A stretch of 34,489 nucleotides of DNA, taken from the IMG/VR virus record IMGVR_UViG_2541047695_000003; one strand, 5' to 3'. Positions within the stretch are counted from its first letter, which is position 1. Every line of letters starts with the position of its first letter. The DNA is from a virus (lineage: Duplodnaviria; Heunggongvirae; Uroviricota; Caudoviricetes). Positions 1 through 5,634 of this stretch are shown in pieces. Under the pieces are notes generated by a model. The model was not told the origin of the DNA. It saw only the letters and a program-made list of their open reading frames with translations, and ran no database searches. The position numbers were made by a program, and so were the translations under genes.

Positions 1-51
1 AAATTAGATACTAAATATATACGTGAAGGATGTTGAGCTGGTCAACGTCTA

Positions 52-81
52 CGGGGGAGAACATCCCCCGCTAACCTTTTT
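52..81 (+). terminator. Hairpin CGGGGG-agaacat-CCCCCG with a T-run a few nt downstream; possible terminator of a gene ending just inside the window
   Basis: Inverted repeat 52-57/65-70 read directly; T5 at 77-81; frame-1 stop codon at 34-36. Confidence 0.4.
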
Positions 82-100
82 CTTATTTGAGGATTTACCT

Positions 101-202
101 ATGGTTGAATTTTTGATTTATCTGGCTGTAGGATTAACTATCGTATATTCACTGGCACATATTGGCATTTCTACTTTGTGTAACGCTTTCAAGTATCATT
201 AA
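101..202 (+). CDS. Hydrophobic micro-protein, 33 aa, one predicted TM helix
   Basis: ATG 101 with GAGGA about 8 nt upstream; hand translation MVEFLIYLAVGLTIVYSLAHIGISTLCNAFKYH, TAA at 200-202; below the 60-aa cut-off of the ORF track. Confidence 0.45.
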   Translation: MVEFLIYLAVGLTIVYSLAHIGISTLCNAFKYH

Positions 203-255
203 TTAAATCGATGAATTGAACTATAGATGATGGTCGTTTTCAAAGAGGATTATCT

Positions 256-429
256 ATGGATCTTTTTGTCTACTTTGCTACTCTGCTGTTTTTGACTATC
301 GTCGCTGGCATTAAATTGATTTTTATATCGCTGGTGGTATTTTTCAAATTTCTAATCGGTACGCCTTACGGCTGGGTATGTTTAATCCTGTTTATTCTTT
401 TTAGTTGCTGTAAATCAGACACTAAATAA
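256..429 (+). CDS. Small membrane protein, 57 aa, two hydrophobic segments
   Basis: ATG 256 with AGAGGA upstream; hand translation MDLFVYFATLLFLTIVAGIKLIFISLVVFFKFLIGTPYGWVCLILFILFSCCKSDTK, TAA 427-429. Confidence 0.5.
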   Translation: MDLFVYFATLLFLTIVAGIKLIFISLVVFFKFLIGTPYGWVCLILFILFSCCKSDTK

Positions 430-590
430 TATTGTAATCTGCCTTTTCTCCTTATGTGGTTTTAACAGGGAATTTTCGAAAGAGAGTTCCCGATTAAAAG
501 CCATTAAAACACACTCCAGTACAGTGTTTTCATAGTCAGTGATCTATACAACACAAAAACATAACAAGTATAGATTGAGTATTAATCCTC

Positions 591-616
591 CCGCCCCGAA
601 GGGGGCGGTTATTTTT
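591..616 (+). terminator. Rho-independent terminator
   Basis: CCGCCCC-GAAG-GGGGCGG followed by TTATTTTT. Confidence 0.75.
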
Positions 617-693
617 CTGGCTTTAAAGAATAATGTAGCATTATGTTCATTATAACCTCATCTTTGTTGTGCAAACCTAACCTAAACTTACTA

Positions 694-717
694 GGGACTC
701 TTCGGAGTCCCTTTTTT
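694..717. terminator. Terminator hairpin shared by converging transcription
   Basis: GGGACTC-TTCG-GAGTCCC followed by T6 on the + strand; abuts the stop codon (716-718) of the minus-strand gene. Confidence 0.7.
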
Positions 718-1660
718 ATTGGCAGTAAGAAAAGTTAGTACCGTACATTTCATCATGAAGCATTGCAACATTGCGTTTCTGTTCTTCTTCCTCGTCTACC
801 GCATCACTAGAAAAATGAGATTTGCCCTTAAAAGAACGAAGCAATTGCAGTGCAGCCATCGGATCACGCATCACATCGATTTTCACTTCTACTTCATCAT
901 TTGCGGCCTCATCAGCCGCATTTTCAACTACTGCCACCGGAGCAACTTCTTTAGCTTTCAGTTCTTCAATCTCAGCTTTCTGTGCTTCGATGATCTGGTC
1001 TTTTTCTTTCAGTGCAGCTTTCAGTTCTGCGATCTGTGCTTCCAGTGCAGAGAAACGATCTTCAACAGCAACCGGAGAAACAGCATTAACCTGTGCTTCC
1101 AGTTCTACGAAAGCGTCGCAAGATTCAATACGTGCTTTTTCTTCACCTTCATATGCAACCAGTTCTACTACTTCTTTCTCAGTAGCGTGGCTGTTAAAGA
1201 ATACAGCAAAGTAAGGATTGCCGGATTTGGTGAAGTTCAGTTTAGCTTTTCCGGTAACTTCTTTACGACGACCAAAGGTAATGTTGCAATCAGCGGTATC
1301 CTGAAAATCCATGTTAGGAGCGGAAACGATAGCAGTATCACCAGCAATCACTAGGTGGAACAGTTCAGAAGAGTTCTTAACGGTGAAAGTAACGATGTGG
1401 TCTACTGCAACGTCTTTAGCAGGTTTAACGCGGTCGATTGCTTTACGAATGCCGTTAGGCAGTTTACCGTCAACACCAAAGCCAGCCGCGATCAGTGCTT
1501 CACGATGTGCTTTAAAGCCAGCGAAAGCGGATTTCTGCTGCGCAAAGGAAACATGAGCAACAACTTTCGGCTGAATCTTCTTGTTTGCTTCGGTGCCAAA
1601 TTTGATAACTGCTTTAGCGTTGGTTACTTCGTTAGTGAAAAAGTTAGCGGAAAATAACAT
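716..1660 (-). CDS. Abundant early protein: beta-rich N-domain, central coiled coil, acidic C-terminal region; function unknown (ssDNA-binding or annealing role is a guess)
   Basis: 314-aa ORF, GGAG SD 8 nt upstream, strongly optimised codons (cgt, ggt, ctg, gaa), heptad-like AQIAELKAALKEKDQIIEAQKAEIEELKAKE, acidic DAVDEEEEQ. Confidence 0.9.
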   Translation of the reverse strand: MLFSANFFTNEVTNAKAVIKFGTEANKKIQPKVVAHVSFAQQKSAFAGFKAHREALIAAGFGVDGKLPNGIRKAIDRVKPAKDVAVDHIVTFTVKNSSELFHLVIAGDTAIVSAPNMDFQDTADCNITFGRRKEVTGKAKLNFTKSGNPYFAVFFNSHATEKEVVELVAYEGEEKARIESCDAFVELEAQVNAVSPVAVEDRFSALEAQIAELKAALKEKDQIIEAQKAEIEELKAKEVAPVAVVENAADEAANDEVEVKIDVMRDPMAALQLLRSFKGKSHFSSDAVDEEEEQKRNVAMLHDEMYGTNFSYCQ

Positions 1661-1703
1661 TATAAATACTCCTGTGGAAAGTTAGTTTTAATTGTTCATT
1701 TCA

Positions 1704-1740
1704 AGCCTCCTTTGCTGCAACAAGGGAGGCTTTTTCTTTT
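1704..1740 (+). terminator. + strand intrinsic terminator lying between two minus-strand genes
   Basis: AGCCTCC...GGAGGCT stem followed by TTTTTCTTTT on the + strand only. Confidence 0.55.
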
Positions 1741-1774
1741 TTAAAGCCATCATATAATTCTCAGTGAAAGTGGA

Positions 1775-1954
1775 TTAACAAACTTGAACGTTAATCTTTA
1801 CCTGAATTTCGTATTTCTTCATTAGCTTGTAGAATCCGCTTCTATCAATTCCTTCCTTCTTAAAGAAGTTTTCCCCGCCTCGCTCAGTGTCGCTGTAAAA
1901 GCGTTTAGCAATATCAACAATCATTTCACGAGTGAACTTAACAGGTCTAGCCAT
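1775..1954 (-). CDS. Small HTH DNA-binding protein, paralog A (Hin/excisionase-like)
   Basis: ATG at 1954 (MARPVKF...) with GAGGA SD; the 1969 start in the ORF track is a TTG; shares RPxKF...IA..Y...GI...FYK.MKK..I with 5372-5605 and both halves of 5634-6239. Confidence 0.8.
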   Translation of the reverse strand: MARPVKFTREMIVDIAKRFYSDTERGGENFFKKEGIDRSGFYKLMKKYEIQVKINVQVC

Positions 1955-2049
1955 AAGTAGATTCCTCAAATGTGGATTAATAAGGACAATAAAAAGAGCT
2001 TTTCGCCCTCGATACTTCTATTTATAAAAGTCATTTCAGAAAACCCTGC

Positions 2050-2075
2050 AAAACCACTGTGTATCTGATCAGTGG
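2050..2075 (-). promoter_or_regulatory. Dyad site O1: CCACTG-N10-CAGTGG followed by TTTT on the minus strand (operator or weak terminator)
   Basis: Arms 2054-2059/2070-2075; spacer 7/10 identical to the second site. Confidence 0.45.
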
Positions 2076-2133
2076 GAGCACGAATTGCTAAAGAGAAGAT
2101 TAATTATTAATCAATTCGTACAATATTCAACCG

Positions 2134-2160
2134 AAAAAGCACTGTATATCTAACCAGTGC
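2134..2160 (-). promoter_or_regulatory. Dyad site O2: GCACTG-N10-CAGTGC followed by TTTTT on the minus strand
   Basis: Arms 2139-2144/2155-2160; same architecture and spacer as O1, 85 bp away. Confidence 0.45.
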
Positions 2161-2296
2161 TGTATGAATTAGCAGTGAATCAGGAGATTTTCAGAAGTGA
2201 ACAATCATTTCACACATGTATTTATAACGTGGAAATTCTTGCTTATCATCTATATGGGGACTGTTTAGAAAATTTCAACCCCCACCAGTGAGAAAA

Positions 2297-2325
2297 AGTA
2301 TAAAATAATCCTTGACAGTTGTCAA
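2297..2325 (-). promoter_or_regulatory. Strong sigma70-type leftward promoter
   Basis: Minus strand TTGACA (2325-2320), 17 nt spacer, TATACT (2302-2297); the -35 is half of the dyad TTGACAgtTGTCAA at 2312-2325. Confidence 0.6.
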
Positions 2326-2443
2326 TGCACTTGACCTAAGCGAGAAATGACTATCAAAATTTTTGTTTGAAAATGGTAGATCAGGATTATCAACCTTTAT
2401 AACCTATTATAGCGCGGAGACCTTTTGACAATTCTTTTTAAAT

Positions 2444-2768
2444 CATTAACTTACGCCACTTTTTGGTGATTTTTTGATTAAATAATATACAAGAATTTTC
2501 TATCAAAATATTTGATGGGAATTGCCCCTGAAATTCTGAATTTTTGCCCCCGAATAAAATCCCCAAGATTCTACTATCCCATTTTTGCCCCTGAAACCTA
2601 CTATTTTTGCCCCTGAAATTCTGGGAAACAGTGATTTTGCCCCTCATTTTTGCCCCTGAAATGCCAATAATTGCCCCTGAAAATCTAATTTTTGCCCCTC
2701 ATTTTTGCCCCTGAAAAGGATTGGTGAGAAAAACCCTTTATAAAACATTAACTTAGCGAGGGGCAAAA
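2444..2768. repeat. Iteron array: 9 direct copies plus 1 inverted copy of TTTTGCCCCT(G/C)A
   Basis: GCCCC cores start at 2524, 2546, 2587, 2609, 2639, 2652, 2673, 2694, 2707; inverted copy AGGGGCAAAA at 2759-2768; perfect 27-mer TTTTGCCCCTCATTTTTGCCCCTGAAA at 2635-2661 and 2690-2716; bracketed by CATTAACTTA at 2444-2453 and 2746-2755. Confidence 0.9.
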
Positions 2769-2786
2769 GCGGGGGATCGGGCGTGC
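2756..2786. other. GC-rich island next to the last iteron; candidate cohesive-end (cosN-like) site
   Basis: GCGAGGGGCAAAAGCGGGGGATCGGGCGTGC inside otherwise AT-rich non-coding DNA; the terminase is GpA (cos) type. Confidence 0.25.
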
Positions 2787-2858
2787 ATAGATATTATATA
2801 ACACATTCGCTACGCTCATGTGTAAAACTAAAAACAACAAATAACCAAAAAGATAATT

Positions 2859-2878
2859 AGGAGGGCGTAGCCCGACTG
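2859..2878 (+). repeat. Left copy of a 20-nt direct repeat AGGAGGGC-nnn-GCCCGACTG
   Basis: AGGAGGGCGTAGCCCGACTG; differs from the right copy only in the 3 central nt of the GGGC/GCCC dyad. Confidence 0.7.
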
Positions 2879-2920
2879 CGCGAAGCGCTAACCAATTACT
2901 TCTAGTAACAACTAATTTAA

Positions 2921-2939
2921 ACTAGATGATACTAGATGG
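2921..2939 (+). repeat. CTAG-rich repeat ACTAGATGATACTAGATGG
   Basis: Near-identical to 3123-3140; further CTAG motifs at about 2901, 2956, 3057 and 3074. Confidence 0.6.
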
Positions 2940-3122
2940 TCTTAGAAGGAATTAACTAGTTTGCTCGCTCGCTTCGCTCACTCTCAAACGTCTGCGACGC
3001 CACTGCGTGGCATCGAGAATCACTTCTGAAAGGATTTTCTCGAAAGGGATTTAATACTAGTTACTAACTGATTCTAGAAAGATAGTAATAATCACTTTGA
3101 AGATAATAGTAGTTAACTGGTT

Positions 3123-3140
3123 ACTAGATGATTCTAGATC
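3123..3140 (+). repeat. CTAG-rich repeat ACTAGATGATTCTAGATC
   Basis: Second copy of the 2921-2939 motif; followed by ATCACTT, which also occurs at about 3020 and 3091. Confidence 0.6.
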
Positions 3141-3167
3141 ACTTTAATGATCATGAAAGGTATTGGT

Positions 3168-3197
3168 ATCCCTTCGGGATTGCAACCTTCGGTTGCT
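3168..3197 (+). other. Two abutting UUCG-capped stem-loops (candidate structured RNA or processing site)
   Basis: ATCCC-TTCG-GGGAT (3168-3181) immediately followed by GCAACC-TTCG-GGTTGC (3182-3197); no U-tract after either. Confidence 0.5.
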
Positions 3198-3289
3198 AAA
3201 TTGCTTCCTGATTATTATTTCTCCAAAAGAAAGATTATTATATTCTAAAGATACTTCTTCGTTTTGATCATAATTTAATCAAATCATGA

Positions 3290-3309
3290 AGGAGGGCTTT
3301 GCCCGACTG
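3290..3309 (+). repeat. Right copy of the 20-nt direct repeat
   Basis: AGGAGGGCTTTGCCCGACTG, 431 bp downstream of the left copy. Confidence 0.7.
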
Positions 3310-3346
3310 AATACAATCACCTTTCATAATAACAAGAATTTTCTCT

Positions 3347-3378
3347 TTATAAATAATAGTGAACTTACTTGATTCACT
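3347..3378 (+). promoter_or_regulatory. TTATAAATA box plus AGTGAA...TTCACT leader hairpin upstream of the first rightward gene
   Basis: TTATAAATA 3347-3355, AGTGAA 3358-3363, TTCACT 3373-3378; near-identical arrangement at 30229-30268. Confidence 0.5.
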
Positions 3379-3398
3379 TTCTTTTAGAGGATACCACT

Positions 3399-3848
3399 AT
3401 GATCAATACTAAAACTCCTTTCGTACTTCTGGGTCTGGACTCTGAAAACTATGGTAACTTCCATATGCTAGAAGTTTTCGCTCATCGTGGTTATAACATC
3501 ATTCGTCATTCCGAAGACTCCAACTACTCAACTGCTTTCTACGCTTTAAAACGAAATGGTCGTCCTACTGTGATCATCGACTGTTTTACTGATGAGGGTC
3601 GTCTTCAATACAACGATATTCCAGCAATTATTGTTCGTGATGATCTGCCGTTTCAAGTCCGTTCCGGTGACATTGACCTGGGTAGCTTCTTGACTCTTCG
3701 TGAACTGGATGAAGCAATGTTTAATTACGGTAAAGAAACCGCTCAGGAAGCCCCAGAACAAGATGAGGAAGACGAAGACTACGCACCAATCGCTTTCTCT
3801 TCTCACGGTGGCTTCTACGGTTACGACGAAGGCTTAGATATGCTGTAA
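3399..3848 (+). CDS. Acidic early protein, 149 aa, unknown function
   Basis: ATG 3399 with AGAGGA SD (the 3369 start in the track is TTG); optimised codons; 28 D+E against 11 K+R; tail EAPEQDEEDEDYAPIAFSSHGGFYGYDEGLDML. Confidence 0.85.
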   Translation: MINTKTPFVLLGLDSENYGNFHMLEVFAHRGYNIIRHSEDSNYSTAFYALKRNGRPTVIIDCFTDEGRLQYNDIPAIIVRDDLPFQVRSGDIDLGSFLTLRELDEAMFNYGKETAQEAPEQDEEDEDYAPIAFSSHGGFYGYDEGLDML

Positions 3849-3883
3849 GTTAGGTCAACCCTTTGGCATCTTGTCAAGGGGTA

Positions 3884-3912
3884 TTGACAAAAATTTCTGA
3901 CTTTTTTATGAT
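3884..3912 (+). promoter_or_regulatory. Sigma70-type promoter
   Basis: TTGACA (3884-3889), 17 nt spacer, TATGAT (3907-3912); a second TTGACA at 3921-3926 lacks a good -10. Confidence 0.6.
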
Positions 3913-3968
3913 TATCGAACTTGACAACTTTGAACCTATTTGACCTAGATTTGTAAAGAGGATGTAAC

Positions 3969-4301
3969 ATGAAAGAATTTACCATCACTAAATCCCTGTA
4001 TGACTGGACTGTTAAAATCTCCGGCAAAACCGTTTCTGTAACCCCTAGCCATGTAGAAAATGATTGGGGCGTATCCCGTGAAACTATCTCCCGTAGTATG
4101 CATGTTCCGTTTGATCTGATGACCTTAACTGGTATTCATGCAATGCTGGAAGTTCGCGAGCAATTCGAAGCTGGTAATCACAATGCAACTCCAGTTAGCA
4201 ATCACCTTCTTACTAATGAAGAACGTGAAATCATCGAAAACTGGCGTTATGAATATGCGATTCCTTATTATGAAGAAGACCAAGTAGAAATCGATTGGTG
4301 A
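3969..4301 (+). CDS. Hypothetical early protein, 110 aa
   Basis: ORF with AAGAGGA SD; no motif recognised. Confidence 0.8.
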   Translation: MKEFTITKSLYDWTVKISGKTVSVTPSHVENDWGVSRETISRSMHVPFDLMTLTGIHAMLEVREQFEAGNHNATPVSNHLLTNEEREIIENWRYEYAIPYYEEDQVEIDW

Positions 4302-4311
4302 TAAATTTCTA

Positions 4312-4347
4312 TTATAAATAAAATTGTTCCGGTTGAGATGCCGGAAC
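4312..4347 (+). promoter_or_regulatory. TTATAAATA box followed by GTTCCGG...CCGGAAC hairpin
   Basis: TTATAAATA 4312-4320; stem 4326-4332/4341-4347; an orphan AGGAGG follows with no start codon at the right spacing. Confidence 0.45.
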
Positions 4348-4389
4348 TAGGAGGATCAATCACTAAACCGTTTAAGGGGAATTAATACT

Positions 4390-5196
4390 ATGAATACTGT
4401 TACCGTTATGAATACTGCTAAAACTGCTTCCGTGTCTCTGGTTGTTGATAACACCAAACCGCTGACCATGTCTTCCCGTCAGATCGCTGAATTTACCGGA
4501 AAGAAACACTTTCACGTAAAACGCGACATTCGCGAAATGCTGATTACCTTAGAATTAGATGAATCCAAATTTGGATGCATCTTTTTTGACCAATATGGAC
4601 GCGAGCAAACAGAATATCACTTGAATGAAGAACTGACTCTGACTCTTGTCACTGGTTACAATATCCAGATGCGAAACGCGGTTATTCAGGAATGGAAGCG
4701 ACTGAAAGAAGAAAATGAAAAACTTCGCTCTACTCCGGTTAACCCGTATGCAGACTTTGAAGAAACAGACTGGATCGAACTGGCATTAAAGAAAACTCGC
4801 GAAAATAAAAAGCTGATTGAACTTCATGTTCGCAAATCCGTAGATAGCCATTCAATGACGCGTCTGTTAGGCGCTAAAAAGGGCGCTACGAAGGTTAAAG
4901 AAGCACTGACGGCCTTACGTACTGCTGGATACATCGAGCGCGTCTATGATGAAAATAACAAGCCGTGTGGGTATGTTGCTAATGATTCTTCTCTCTCTTT
5001 CTGCCGCATGAATGCTCACTACCAACTTGAGTTTACTGTTGATGTGCTTCCGGTGCTGGTTGAATTGGGTGTTTTGGAAGAAGAACAAAAAGCAACTCTG
5101 AATCTTCCTAAGCCGAACAACACTATTCTGATTCAAAATAAAGCGGCTGAACGTCTCCGTCAGAATGTTGGATCACTGGAAGTCTTCGGACTGTAA
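4390..5196 (+). CDS. rha: Rha-family phage regulatory protein with a C-terminal extension
   Basis: N-terminal LTMSSRQIAEFTGKKHFHVKRDIREML matches the Rha-domain pattern as I recall it; AAGGGGA SD. Confidence 0.7.
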   Translation: MNTVTVMNTAKTASVSLVVDNTKPLTMSSRQIAEFTGKKHFHVKRDIREMLITLELDESKFGCIFFDQYGREQTEYHLNEELTLTLVTGYNIQMRNAVIQEWKRLKEENEKLRSTPVNPYADFEETDWIELALKKTRENKKLIELHVRKSVDSHSMTRLLGAKKGATKVKEALTALRTAGYIERVYDENNKPCGYVANDSSLSFCRMNAHYQLEFTVDVLPVLVELGVLEEEQKATLNLPKPNNTILIQNKAAERLRQNVGSLEVFGL

Positions 5197-5202
5197 TTAA
5201 TC

Positions 5203-5236
5203 GCCCGGCGCATAATTGCGCTGGGCTTTTTGTTTT
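5203..5236 (+). terminator. Rho-independent terminator of the rightward early unit
   Basis: GCCCGGCGC-ATAATT-GCGCTGGGC followed by TTTTTGTTTTT. Confidence 0.8.
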
Positions 5237-5332
5237 TATAGATAACAGCATTTTTGCTGGCATCTATAGATCAGTCCAGATTTGGACTCAACTTAGAAAT
5301 GAGCGCAGTTTTGCGCCGATTGTTTTACATAC

Positions 5333-5356
5333 AAAAAAGCCACTCCGAAGAGTGGC
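5333..5356 (-). terminator. Rho-independent terminator of the minus-strand HTH operon
   Basis: GCCACTC-CGAA-GAGTGGC preceded by A6 on the + strand, which is T6 after the stem on the minus strand. Confidence 0.75.
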
Positions 5357-5371
5357 AAAGAGAATCAAAAC

Positions 5372-5605
5372 TCAAAAACCTGTTGCTTCTACGATCTGAC
5401 CATCACCGATCTGAACATAGAATTTAATGTCTAACTTCTTCATATTCTTATAGAATTGGGCAATTGAAATCCCATGTTCACTAAGAATCTGTTCTTTCGC
5501 TTCCTTACCACGATCCGCTGTATAATAAGCGTAGGCAATATCAGCCATTTGTTCAGCGTTAAAACGGGCAGGACGACCGCGAGTAGCTTTAGTAGTCATA
5601 GTCAT
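5372..5605 (-). CDS. Small HTH DNA-binding protein, paralog B
   Basis: TRGRPARFNAEQMADIA...GISIAQFYKNMKKLDIKFYVQIGDGQIV; GGAGA SD fits the third-codon ATG (5599) better than 5605. Confidence 0.8.
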   Translation of the reverse strand: MTMTTKATRGRPARFNAEQMADIAYAYYTADRGKEAKEQILSEHGISIAQFYKNMKKLDIKFYVQIGDGQIVEATGF

Positions 5606-5616
5606 TTCTCCAAATT

Positions 5617-5634
5617 AAAGTGAATGTTCACTTT
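5617..5634. promoter_or_regulatory. 18-bp palindrome AAAGTGAAtgTTCACTTT between the two HTH genes
   Basis: Perfect 8-bp arms with a 2-nt centre, so too tight for a full-length RNA hairpin; same GTGAA/TTCAC arms as the leader hairpins. Confidence 0.5.

Noticed and set aside
719-1657. Four + strand ORFs (719-1354, 822-1214, 1311-1556, 1355-1657) opposite the 314-aa gene
   Set aside because: These are low-complexity shadow frames of a strongly codon-biased minus-strand gene. They have no SDs and implausible F/S/C-rich composition.
1971-1979. DnaA-box-like TGTGGATTA (also AGTGGATTA near 1768 and TTATCAACC near 2387)
   Set aside because: Each has one or more mismatches to TTATCCACA/TGTGGATAA. 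They are isolated and not clustered next to the iterons, so there is too little to call an origin element.
2312-2340. Rightward promoter using the + strand TTGACA of the TTGACAgtTGTCAA dyad
   Set aside because: No acceptable -10 lies 16-19 nt downstream (CCTAAG, CTAAGC). Only the leftward reading gives a good -10 (TATACT).
2438-2647. 69-aa minus-strand ORF in the track (…GKNSRFQGQK…GKNSEFQGQ…)
   Set aside because: Its internally repetitive peptide is just the translation of the TTTTGCCCCTGAAA iterons. It has no SD and sits in an otherwise ORF-free regulatory hub.
2444-2768. Iteron array considered as a CRISPR array
   Set aside because: Repeats are only 12-15 bp, the intervening sequences only about 0-26 bp and partly repeated themselves. 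One copy is inverted, and no cas genes or leader are present in the window.
3145-3246. 33-aa ORF (MIMKGIGIPSGLQPSVAKLLPDYYFSKRKIIIF) covering the twin UUCG hairpins
   Set aside because: It has no SD, and the start is embedded in repeat sequence. The paired tetraloop stems are a better explanation for the conservation-like pattern. Not excluded, just unsupported.
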